A DNA stretch of 64,000 nucleotides from Tubulanus polymorphus (taxonomy: Eukaryota; Animalia; Nemertea), in NCBI RefSeq assembly GCF_964204645.1, contig NC_134025.1, positions 26,454,299 through 26,518,298 of the forward strand, written 5' to 3'. The position numbers and the translations under genes are program-made. The notes under the pieces were generated by a model. The model did no database searches. It saw only the letters and a list, made by a program, of their open reading frames with translations, and was not told where the DNA came from. Below, piece by piece: positions 27,842 to 40,528 of the stretch (its first letter is position 1; each line of letters opens with the position of its first letter).

Positions 27842-28626
27842 TTTGTGATATTTTTGACAAATACAATCCCAGCACTGTAATACATGTGTCTCGCAGAGGA
27901 TTTTTTAGAGGAAATTGAAGTCCCGGTTTTGTTGAAAAAATCGTCCCTAGTTCTCGTATTTTGCGTTAGCATTGCATTTGAACGTTTTGAAAATCGAAAT
28001 TGACTCGATAAAGCGACGATCCAGGAACTGACCCGATTCGCAAAAGTGTCTGCCTTGTATTTGTTAAAATTGTCTAGTATCGTGTAACAATGAATTGTTA
28101 TTACGTTAGTGTAAAACAAAATCTATGACGCAGATACACACACAAAAATGATGGGAAAAATACGATAAATTATAATTAAAATCATAATTTCACGGTACGT
28201 CATTATTGCTCAGAAGGTCCCTTTGTGGAAGCTGAAATTCAATCAGTTTTTGAAATATTTTTCATAGAAATTGAGCTTTTGGTAGTATATGAGAAGAGTT
28301 TGTTTTATCAATCACTTTTGTGTGCGCAGTCTTGACTAATCCCGTATGAAACTCCTGATTATATAGTTAAATATACGTGTTTGTTTTTTCAATCCACATT
28401 TGTTATTTGTTATAATCAATTGTGTATTTTTATTGTATTCTTTGTTATGAAGTCGTTTTGGAGTCATAATGTTATAACTTCAAATCATGAACCATATGAT
28501 TTAGAAGTGCTTTTTAGATGTCACCAACATGAAACAAATAACCCTCACATTTTATTCCCGAGTGTAGTTGACAGTCCAAAAGATAGTTTGCAAATAATCA
28601 TGCCGCCGAAATTTATATATATAATT

Positions 28627-28901
<275 letters not shown>

Positions 28902-29815
28902 ATATGCCATCTATGTGATAGTAATAAATTCTAGAAGAGTTCATCTAATGATTGTTGCTGTTAACAATTGAGGTCATCTTGTGTTTATTCCGAATTGTAA
29001 TTTTTGGTGATGTTTTAGTATTGAACATTGATTTCTTTTAAGATATTTTACCGGACTCTGAAAATCGTACACTGTAGGGTCTGTACTGTGAATCGTTATA
29101 AACCAAATCAGGGAACCTTCATGTGCAGCTGTAGATGTATGGTGATATACCAAGCTCTTGTTTTATTCAGGAAGGTTATTATAGTGCCTCCTGTTTTTAT
29201 TTCGACCTTCTTTTTAATTCCCTATTAGTCTTAGCGATATTCTATGGCTCTCGCGAATCTTTTACCTGACATCGAATCCGCATATTGTCATTTCTGTATT
29301 CATAACTAAAGGCTGAAGTTTCTATTTTGGGCACTGAAAATAAATGAATGTATAGCCTTTTTTGTTTTCTCTTGAAAAAAAGGAAACGATTTTCTCCGTT
29401 TGAAATTCACCAGTCAAAGTATTCGCTTACAATCAATGCACTGACTTATTATTTATATGCATAATATTTATGCTTTTGTATTAATTGCTTAGTTTCTGCT
29501 TAGATTCGAAACCAAAATAACGTCTTAATTTCAGCGCGCTGGAGTCTCGCTCCCTACGATCAGTGTGACTGATGCTAATAAAACGTGATTGTTTCCATCG
29601 ATGTTTAGGATAATCGTTCAATTAAATGCTTGATTTGGTTAGCTTTTTGAGATCACCTGCTGACTGTCCTCGCATTGCTAGACACATGTACACTTGTAAT
29701 ATAGATTAAACAAAAAATTTCGGATAAAATAAGAATGAGTATAACGGTATTCATAATGATGTAATTAATACTAAAACAAAGATGTCTATTCTTTGTTATC
29801 GCACTGGTTAAAAAC

Positions 29816-29816
<1 letters not shown>

Positions 29817-29879
<63 letters not shown>
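29817..29879. repeat. (TA)n microsatellite
   Basis: About 31 TA units. Confidence 0.98.
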
Positions 29880-29885
<6 letters not shown>

Positions 29886-32800
29886 GATAGGGTACTTGTA
29901 AAATATGAATATTATAACGAATATAATCAAAACCCTTGATGGTAAGGTTTTGTTTGTAGCGATATCGATGTACTACTGCCCCGTGGAATCAGAAAGATTT
30001 CATTCTCATTAGTATTCACGTCTTAGAAAATAAATGCATGCATATTTGTGTACCCTTCATTTTATTATGTGTGACACGAGAACATAATTGGTTCTTGTGT
30101 AACATGGTTTAACCATAGACTTATACTAATGGTATGGTTTTTAGAATGAACTAATATCTAATATGTTATTTGATAATTACATAAATAAAGGCAACAAAGT
30201 ATTGGTATTATCAAACGTGATTTTCTAATAACGGCATTTATTAGAAATGAGACAATATTCATATTCGGGGATTCTTCTGGTTCGTTGGATTTCATAAAAC
30301 ATTCCTGAATTACTACCTGAGATAAAAATGAATTGATAATAGCCTTTATTAGATGTAATAGTTACAGTATGTGAGAGTTAGGAATTCTTCAGAATGTTTA
30401 CTGCTCTGTGTGTTGGTTGGTTTGTATGATTGCTGATATTCATATCGATGATATCGAAAGATTGTTTGAAAGAAATCCAAAAACAAATTCCATAGATTAT
30501 AGATTTTGATAATCCAATCGCTTAGTGTGAAAAAGCTACGAAGTACATACATATATAAAGTATGTATAGGCCGACTTATAAAAATAAAACAAAGAGATTT
30601 TATGAAATTCATTTCAGTATGAATTCTTGATCGTTAGGCGTTGGTGATGTATACGTCGATAACGATGTGGTTGTGAAATGAATAAACGCATCAAAAAAGG
30701 ATTGCCTATTTTTGAACCGTTTCTGAGACTTCTATTATACCGGTTTAGTAGAACTACGTGTAAACTGACGACTTGCAAATACATCATTTGGTTATGGCTA
30801 TTTACTTGACAATAATCAACTTAGGTATAGATAATTGCCTCAAATGAAGTTCCCTAAAGACCTGTTATTGGAACGTTCTCAGAAATTTGAACACAGATTG
30901 AGCTAATAGTCACTTATATGAAATCTGTGTATGGTTGTGAATCATTGAAAGTAGGTATGATTCTGAGTGAGAAGTGAGATTTGAATCCGTACGTTTTAAT
31001 TCAACCGAATGAAATGAATGGTGCATGTGTGTGAACAAGAAGGGCCTTACATACGCGCCCGCATACGCGAGAGAGCGCACCCCTTGCATAACCCCTAAGA
31101 TATCTTTGTGGCTCCTTATACGTGGTGATCTAAAGGATAACTCTTCTACCGACATTTATTACTCCAAGTGACATACGTAACTGATTAAAACTGAAGGAAA
31201 TCAGCTAAAGAAAACATAAAAACCGGTTGTAGTTCATTTTACTGCAAGCATTATATATACCTATATATCACATTTTATCTTATGCAACGGTTTAAAATCC
31301 CATGTCTAATGCATTCTCCTTGATACATTTAAGGAAGCAATGCATTAGCTTGATGAGTGTCATTTCTTTGCATTCGATTTCTTTTTGTATGCCGTATTCA
31401 TAATGTTTCATATATTTGGAACGTATATTTGTATATAGGTCAAGAAAAGACATATTTCGATTTAACTAATACCGAATATCAGATCGAAACGTATATCTAA
31501 ATAGATTATTAATGAAATCACACATGTTGGGATTATTTATCACATCATATGAAATGAGAAATAATTTGTTACGACAATGGCAGACAGACTATCTGGGTGA
31601 CTCCAGCATCTGTTATATATGTTTGTTTTTTTCTTTTCTCTCAAAATTTCTTCTAAGTTATGTCTTGCTTCTTGCAAATAATGTATTGTTCTTCAAGAAT
31701 CGTTCTCCTTGGCTTGTTTACATTCATTCCATGTGCTTGATTCCTATGCAGAGCCTATTGACTACGTACATAAACACAACTATTGTGTACTTCTTTTTTA
31801 CAGATGATACGCTTAGGTTTTTGCCAGTTGTTGATATAATTGTATTCTATTTATCCTTAACTACTTTTAAATCGTCAAATTGTTTATATCTAATACTTAA
31901 CCAAGTGGACAATCCTTTCGCTCACTTTCGTTGAATCGTATTAAGTGATACGTACTCCCTTCGAAGATTATCTTCTAAAGCTTCATTGAGTGCAAATTGT
32001 TCCCGTGTTTCCAATATTATCATGGATTGTTTTATTGTTGCTTATCTTGTTGAATTGGAAGAAAAATCTAATAACCGAAAAAAAAACAATCTAGATGTGT
32101 ATAATTTTTTAGTCACTGTTCAAAACCACTTTTTCACTGAAGATGCCTAAAGTGATCTGCTATACACAAAAATAAATCTGTGGTTTTTCTCTATTTTCCA
32201 AAAATGGAGAGCCTGTAAATTAAAGAAATTGTGCAGAGACTTTTATGTATTGATGTGTATAGAGAAACCATGTGAAAATAAATGTCCACCAATCGAGGAC
32301 CATAGTATCTGACTTCATATATTCGTTTTGATTCATTGAATTTTTACTTTGCATCGAACCAATCGGTGGCTATACCCCATACCATAGACCTACCATATCC
32401 ACCCAGATGTTCTTGGTTAATAAATACGTACGTTTTGAGAACGCCTAAAACTATGACATACAATCTTGGATGTGTTTATGACGTTTCACCTCATCGAGTG
32501 TCCCCCATATAATATAAACAAATCTAGGTAAAGACGTGTAGTCTTTGTTTCCTGAGTTAATTGTATCCAATCATATTTACTGCCGACTTAGACGGTTTTG
32601 GTAGTTCATTCATCAGGTTGTAGAGTTATTAGTTTCCTAAATGAGGTTGTCTTTCTGGATCCACAATCTAATTAACCGTCTGTGATGGTATACCGAACGA
32701 ACTTATTGCGAGGATGTTGCTTCATGCACAAAAAGAGAGAGGCATAGCCGAATACAAGAACTAACAATCGCATACGCACAATTATTATTCATCTATATAT

Positions 32801-33428
32801 TTTCTTAACAACACGGTCATTAACCAGAAATTTGAATTCAACGTTAGTTTTTATTTTTGCACGTATTGCACTTTTAACATGGGAAAAGATGCCAAATATT
32901 TTCGTTGGCAACATATCAATAAAATTATAAACATATATATTCATGTATCATCGGAATAAATAGCAATGATTCTCCGCAAGATTTTCCCTAGTCCGATAAG
33001 AATATGCGATCAATTTAAAGTTTTCAGTGAAAAAAGAACAGTACATATTATACATAGAAATGTGGAAACTTTTTGTTGCGTTAACAATATCGTACTATAT
33101 ATTTCATTGGCACTATAGCAACCGAGAACGATATATTATATTCTAAAATTTGGAAGCATAAAACATTCAAGGTAATACATACAAGAAGATGTACGATAAA
33201 AGTCACAAAGATAACGTATCTCATTTACACTTCTCTACCGACATTACTTGCAGTTAACATGTACACCAGTTTTTGCTAGATATAGTGAGGACTACGACGG
33301 ACGCATGAATTACATTTCAATTAATAATTTCAATCATTAAATTTATATTCTCATGATTGGTAATTTCTAATCTTAAATCTGGACACGATTGAGACATCAT
33401 TATAACTTATCATTGATAATTTCGTTTA

Positions 33429-33574
33429 CAGTGGAACGCTATTATAACGATTCATCAGATACCAGTAACAAATCTAGGATTTTCTCCTTTGTATCATATC
33501 AGATAGGACAAACTATTAGTTATAACAAATAGATTAGCTGGTCCCCTGAAGTTCGTTGTAATGAGGTTCCACCG
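33429..33574. mobile_element. Tc1/mariner(pogo)-type MITE, about 146 bp, TA target site
   Basis: TA|CAGTGGAACGCTATTATAACGA ... TCGTTGTAATGAGGTTCCACCG|TA: imperfect 22-bp terminal inverted repeats starting CAGT and flanked by TA; no coding capacity. Confidence 0.75.
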
Positions 33575-33902
33575 TATGTAATTTTTAAATGCTGGCCATC
33601 CAAAAAAACATGAAAATAAAGAGTCATCAGTACATAAAACGTAAAAGCCAACGATTACAATTCAATCAAATTATCAAAACTATAAATATTTTGGGTGCTT
33701 ACTAGTTGCTACGCCTTACTATTTTAGACTTAAGAAGGTTAGTCTGAGAGTAACCACCCGGAATATTTCACTTTTGATAAATTTTTTAGTTCAATTACAA
33801 TTTTAGGATTTTACGTTTTGTTACTGCATCACGGATATTGCAATTTCAAGCGAGTTATCAGTACATTATTCACAACAATACAGTCGGATTGATGAAACCA
33901 CA

Positions 33903-36900
33903 TTACAACTCATCTTTATTCTTATCACAGTTTTTGCACACTCGCACAGGTTCATCCCAGCCTCGTGAAGGAACTCGTCTGAGAGCGGGAGAACATTCAT
34001 CGCAAACACCTTCACCGCACGACCGACAGTGATGGATACGAAGTTTCGGCCCGAACTCACTTTTACACACACAACAATTCTTGATCAACTCGTCAGCGAC
34101 CCAATAAGCCGGTCGAGCAGATTCTTTCAGAAATTCTGGAAAAATCAACGGCAATATTTATCATAAAATAAGATTCAACCCAATGGAATACTCCTCACAA
34201 GACAAAATATACTTGAAAATGATTCTGTTTATGACGAAACCCGTCTATTACTAAGATTTCCAGCAAGTCCCAGCTACTATATTTATATCAATCCAGATTT
34301 GATTAATACAAATTAAATAATGTAATATGAAATATGACAATTTATAGATTGTATAACAAACTAACCCATAGGGTAATCTATAGCCGATGCTAATACGCCA
34401 ACAGTACTACCCACAGCTTCAGTGACCTTCCTCGCAGTAACCTGTATATCATCTGTATCTGGAATTTCAACTAGCCAATGAAAAACAGGAAAATTCAATT
34501 GAATGATATAAAATTTATCAACAGGTCCCAGCATGAATCCCTATAGTGTTAGTCATTCTTCACTGCAAGATTCTTAGGTTTAGGTTCGATTTTTCAAAAC
34601 TCACCATCGACGTTTTTCTCGTAGCAATCATCACACACTCGTACTAATGCTTCGCCCCAACCTCGCTCGGGTACCGCTCGTCTTTTAGTTGAACAATCAT
34701 CACAGAAACCGTGACCACATGCGCGGCAATGATGCTTAGTATCAGTCGGAGTAAACATCTCTTTACATTTAAAACACTCCTGAAAAGAAAATTAGTTGAA
34801 TTCTAGTTGAATTTGAAAGCCGGTAATTCATTTTAGAGAAACACCATTATTGCTTTGAGATAACTTACAAAAATTTCCGAATTTGGGACCCAGTATGGTG
34901 GAGCTATTTGATCAGCCATCCAGCTAGATATGAATCTAGTTGGTTTCGCACTGACCGATGTAACCGCACCAGAAACATAACCTACTCCCTCTAAAAGCTT
35001 ACGAGCTGCATTGTGTGTTCCTTGTAGAACAGTAGGACCCTGGAATTAAATCAGTTCAAATTGCTAAAACTAACAGATAATAGGCTTTACAAGATTTATA
35101 CGTGTAGTTTTAACTTACCCCAGGCCAGACATGTCGGATTTCAGGTCTCACCGCTGCATCCTCAGGTTCTTTATTTCCGAGCCAATGTTGTCTACTTCGA
35201 TAAATAATGCCACAGCGTTTACACTCCAGCACATATCTATAAAATAATTCAAAAACTAACTGGTCATTATATCTACAAACTTAGCAAAGATGCAGAATAA
35301 GGCCAAAATATATACTGACCCTGACCAAGCGTATTTTGCCAAACCAAACCAGCTATTATCCTGCGCTGAATAAGATTTTGGCACGACAATCTCCTCTCGG
35401 CCGGCGTTAAAGCATTTCTGCAATGGAACGAATCTAATTGTATCAGCAATCAACACTCTTCAAGACAATGTACCCTTGTAGTAACTTTTTCGAATAAATG
35501 CTGGTTTACATACTTTGCAGATGTAAACTTTGTTATCATACTGATGTTGATATTTACATCGCATGTGAAGATCAGCTTCATGACTGAGATCATCTTTAAA
35601 ATGATTCATAGTTCTTGTACAGCGACAACTTTTTAAAAAGAAAATTCAGAACAATTCCTTCATAGCAATTACACACACTACATATCAGAATACAGGCTAA
35701 CACCAGCTAAGTCAAGTTACCCGCATGACAGACATCGAGAAGTACAAGTAAAATACTGATCTGGAAACATTTGCGGCACTGATTCTTCTATTTCACCAGA
35801 AAATTTAGTATTGAGTACCTGCAATTGAACAATCACACGCAACACTGACTACTGTCGGCTAAAATAGTTTTCTATATCTTTCAAATAGTTTCCGAGTTCA
35901 TACGCACCTGCAAAGCGTTTAAAACAACTTGCGGGGTTCGAGGAGATCTGACTGTCATGTTTTTTAATTGATCTTTAGTAGCATGAAGAAGCTGACTGAA
36001 ATCAGTCGGAGGATGTATCGTTCTAGTACCGCAGTAATGAAGCGAGGAAAACGCATCCACGGCGATCTTCAGCGCTTGAAACCGGTCTTTCAGGACCTGA
36101 GTCGGTGTTTTGTGCGCTGGACTAGTATCACGCCCTGTATTCAAAAGTACTCAAAGTTTGAGAATAAACTTTATTAACCCTTTCAGTGCTGACTAATCAA
36201 TACCCTATTGTGCTGGAGATAATTTGAAAATTTTAAAAAATTCCACCCTAGTGTGTTGAATAACGGGAATACCACTACAATGCGTCTACACCGCGGCGCA
36301 GTGTATCGTTAGTTACTAGTATTTGACTATGTCTGACAGGTGCTGCCATTTTTCAAGAAATAATTACTAATTACTGATATCATCAATACACCGCATTGCG
36401 GTGTACTAGCAAAATCCATCACCGATTTGTACACCGCACTGCGGTGTAGATGCACTGAAAGGGTTAAGTAAATCGTCATTTTTCGGAAACTTAAGGACTT
36501 ACCTTCACAAAGAATGTCTGTATGGGTCGTTTCATGAAATATAATAACAGCCGGGCCTAATGTAGATAGAGGAACATCTAAATTTCTTCTTTTCGAAGCT
36601 TCTTTTAATTCGTTTGCGAAATGCTTCACGTAGGCTTTCGACGCATCGCCGAGAAAATGGAACAAGTCATTATGAAGTCGATCGGCTCTCGTACGATAAA
36701 TAATAACATCAGATATAGCCAACACCTTTAATAGTAAACGCGTACGCTGGTTCTGATTACCAGTAACACCCAACAAGCCTTCAGTGTCTATAACAATTGC
36801 GTTATGTACCGGATCGAGAGCCGCCCAAACTCCGACCGTACAAGAACTCTGACTCGGTGACGTTTTGAAAACTTCTTTTCCGCCGAAAAACGTATGATTT

Positions 36901-38155
36901 AATGTATGCGATTTCCCATCACCGGTATTACCAAATATGGATACAACTTTATACACGAGTCCAGCTTCAGCTCCGAGTTTTTCCAAGAAATTTTCTTCAT
37001 TTTCTACCTGAAAGATAGGAAAATTTGATTCAAATATTGATTTTTCAAACTTCAAATGTCATAGTATATAACATAGGCCCCGAAGACTGGGTCTGTAGTC
37101 TGTAGCAGCAAGGCCGAGGCAAAAGTCAGAGAATTCAGAGCCCAGTTCCCAGTGTGGATCCATGGTCCTCCAATTGACATTTCTAAAAATTAACATCCTC
37201 AGATTCTATATCATTGTCTATCTGGCATTGAAACATTTATCATTATCCCCTATCTACACATTTACAGTAAAAGAACTTTTTTAAAGACTTTGAGGATTTT
37301 TGTTTTTAAAATAAGTGCTTTAGATATTTTACCAGATACCGCTACAAATACCCTGATGGAATCCATATTAACCTGCAGTTCTTCCTGATCATCGACGAGC
37401 ATGAAACTATGACAAGCAGCATAAGCATCCTCGGATAGAGAACTGTTCGTACAGTTTGTAATATCTGGTAAACTCGTCTGTCCGCTTGAGGTCGAATGAG
37501 TTGACATTCTATCTTGATCGTACAACGTAACGAATTTCAAATCTGACGAATAATCCATACAATCGTGATCGGCGTTTGAGACGCAGGATTCGGTTTTATT
37601 TGAACGACTCGTGCTAGGTTGTGGTTGGTTTTGAATAACAGTTTCGTTGAAATCGGCCGCGGTTTCGAAAGGGTTCGTGAGGCTCAAATCTAAATCGAGC
37701 GGCGACAGTTTTGAGACTCGTTCATCCAATTCGGGTGAAAATTCTTTCATCGCCTGTTCGAGTTCTTCGTTGCGCTTTTCCTTCGCACGCGCTGCTAGGA
37801 ATTCTTTGTATGACTGGCGCTTGTGACTTTTTCGACGTCCTTGGACGTGGATTTTTGAATCACACGAAAAACAGTAGTTTACTTCACATTCAACGCAGTG
37901 AACATCGGCGTAGTTACGATCTTCGCATGACATTTGACATAACAAACTTTCAGGGGGTGGTTCCAGGCGTCTTCGTTCGTGGTGTAAAAATTTGGCAAAA
38001 CTGTGCAATCTAGCATCACAAGCTGAACATTGAACTGTCTTACATTCTTCACACGTAAACGACGCCTCTGTCTTTAAACCAGTGCACGCGTACTTCTCCT
38101 GACAGAATCGTTTCGATGTCTGGGTCTTCTGGATTCTTTTCGAGCCAGTCGACAT
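33903..38155 (-). CDS. ZFYVE1: Zinc finger FYVE domain-containing protein 1 (DFCP1), about 875 aa, 11 exons
   Basis: Exons (minus strand): 38155-37373, 37007-36503, 36134-35908, 35818-35721, 35628-35514, 35417-35320, 35236-35119, 35039-34869, 34779-34605, 34470-34366, 34135-33903; total 2628 nt, all GT-AG and phase-consistent. N-terminal B-box-like Cys/His fingers, P-loop GNTGDGKS plus DTEG, a Cys-rich middle region (WFGLAKYAWSGYVLEC, YRSRQHW..N), and two FYVE fingers (APPYWVPNS..TKHHCRACG; RPAYWVADE..RIHHCRSCG). Confidence 0.97.
36178..36463. mobile_element. piggyBac-type MITE (286 bp) in ZFYVE1 intron 2
   Basis: TTAA|CCCTTTCAGTGC ... GCACTGAAAGGG|TTAA: perfect 12-bp terminal inverted repeats starting CCC with a TTAA target duplication; internal 19-bp palindromes at 36287, 36387 and 36430. 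Confidence 0.85.
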
Positions 38156-39175
38156 AACAATCCGGCGTGGTAAAATGGCGTTTTTAATCGAAAAGATTGT
38201 GAAATTTCGTGAATTTCAACCCAGCCATCGCTTAGTCACGACCCGGAAGTGTAATGGAGGTGAATGATTAGAGTATTCTGATTGGTGGATTCGTCGGTAT
38301 TTGTTTATAGATGGCGCTGTAAATTTGCGGGAAATTTGCACATGCGTTTGTTTATAAACACATTTTATCTGTCACAGACACAGAATTCAACAACTTTTTC
38401 GTGTTTTCTTTTCTTTTTGATTTTAGTGATTATGATTTTAAAATTCAAAACAGTGTAAATTGGATTTTTATATTATACTATCATTGCAATCTCGAGTACC
38501 AAACTCAAAAGTTATACCAAACTTATAGGCCTATATCAAATGGATACTTTGTTCTTGTCATTCAAACGGTTGTGATTCGACATTGTTGTCCAAGTAATAT
38601 AATTTCAACTGCATATTCCGGGATATGTTCCTAATTCAGATCTTAATTTCCCAGAAATTTCCAAAATACAATAGGCCTACCGTGTTGATCCAGACATCCA
38701 GTTCTAAATGAAGGAACTGGCGTATTAAACTCGACTTCTGTGTAATTGCAGTGTATGTGTGGAAATTTCTGTGTCGAAATCTCAGGATTCAATTAAGGTT
38801 TTTTTATTCAAATGATTTTTTGGAGCTCTAAGAACATTAAGACTATTAATTCCACTTTGGTTATATATTTTTTGCGTTTAGTTCTATAAAACTTACCGGG
38901 TTCTCTTGACTTCGAAAAACTATATTCTTCCTATTTTCTGGGTGTACCGGCATTGATATATGTGAGTGTGTGTGTGTGTACTTTAAGTTGATGAGATTTG
39001 TTGTATTGTCTTGATTAGATTAAGTTTCTTGAATCTTAAGAAATTCCTTCTAGGTAATTTATCCAGGAGTTCTAGGAAGACTTGACAACAGATCTAACAG
39101 CGATCTTTGTTGAGAGATTTCTAGGAAAACATAGGCCTATGTAGTAAGTGACTTAGCAGCATCGAACTGGCAATC
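38156..39175. promoter_or_regulatory. Head-to-head (probably bidirectional) promoter region of ZFYVE1 and the ANKRD61-like gene
   Basis: Start codons diverge about 1 kb apart. ETS-like CCGGAAGTG at 38243-38251, YY1-like AAAATGGCG at 38172, reverse CCAAT (GATTGG) at about 38280. Confidence 0.5.
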
Positions 39176-40528
39176 ATGGAAAAGAAAAAATCTTCATTCC
39201 ACGATTACCTCCGTCGTCGTGAATCGAGGGATGATACAGGCGAGGAAATGGCGCGGTGTTTAGAATTGCACGACGCAATTGTCAGAAATGAACCACGAAC
39301 AGTAGAACGGCTTGTATCGAATGGGATGAATGTAAATTCGGGACTGCACTTTGCAAATCATAGCTATACACCAGATAGAACCCTCATTTCACGAGATATC
39401 ATCGCACTTCCTCTTCATGTTGCCTGCATTTATCGCCGTCCCAGAATAGTCGAGGTCTTGTTGAAATGCGGGGCCGATTACAACACGAAGGACTACTACG
39501 GACGGACACCAATCCAGCTGGTGATCCATTACTGGCCAAGGCTCATGCACTCAACCGATTACAAAAACCTAACCAAGGCTGATATCGAGTATCAAGAATA
39601 TCTGAGGAGTCAGCACGAAAAATGTCACCGCAGTCTCGAATTACTTTGCTCCCATGGAGCTGTGATTGACGATGCAGTAAATGCGGATAGAGAGACCGTG
39701 GTGCACCTTGCAGCAAAATTTAACATCTGGAGAAGCATCGCTCTACTGGTTGCGCACGGCACAGAAAAAATCTTGGAGACACGAGATCTTTACGGTAAGG
39801 AATATGTGCAGCTGTTATTCTAGCTATCTTGCATGAATAGGCTTTGGGAGTTCATGAGAAAACGTTTTATTTTGATTAAAGGTAATACGCCAGTCCTGAC
39901 TGCGAGTAAATATGGTAGGTTTGAGGTGCTACGCGAGATGTTATCGCACGGAGCAATGGTCGATGCTACCGAAAATTCCGGCAAGAATATTCTCCATTTT
40001 GCCGCTTACAGCGACACTACGCCGCACGCCACCGAGGTAGCGAGTTTACTCAAAGACCAACGGATCTCACTGATGATAAATTCCACGGACAAAAATCTAG
40101 AGACTGCTTTGCATATCGCTGCTCGAAACGGACGAGAAGCGATAATTCATGTTCTCCTTGAAAAGGGAGCTAATCCCGATTTATTAAACGTACAGGCTTT
40201 GTCACCGTTATACCTGCTTTTAGATGACGTCGACCATTCGCAGTTTATTTGCACCATCGACAAGTTGATAAACGAAACGACACAGTTATCCGTATACAGC
40301 TCTACGCACGAACTGCCGAAACTGCTGAATCTCGCGGAGAACGAGTCCCTGAGAGATTATCTGGTGATATCGTCGACGTCGCCGACGTCGCTTCAATTTA
40401 TCTGTCGACAAAAGATCAGACGGTGCTTGGGTAAATTGAGAATTAATACGCCGTTTATAGATCAGCTGCCGTGTCCCAGAAAAATGAAAAACTATATTTT
40501 ACTCAACAATATCAAATTAGTGCAATGA
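39176..40528 (+). CDS. ANKRD61: Ankyrin-repeat protein with C-terminal SOCS box, ANKRD61-like, about 421 aa, 2 coding exons
   Basis: Exons 39176-39794 and 39882-40528 (87-nt phase-1 intron GTAAGG..AAAG) join the two track ORFs. Ankyrin repeats (LPLHVAC, GRTPIQL, TVVHLAAK, GNTPVLTAS, TALHIAARNGREAIIHVLLEKGANP). SOCS box PTSLQFICRQKIRRCLG..IDQLPCPRKMKNYI. The segments HYWP, LELLCSHGA, GREAII and LRDYL match human ANKRD61 as I recall it, so the symbol is less certain than the domain call. Confidence 0.88.

Noticed and set aside
33990-34760. Non-canonical FYVE basic patches (TKHHCR, RIHHCR instead of RRHHCR)
   Set aside because: Deviation from the canonical patch is a known feature of the DFCP1 family, so it is not novel.
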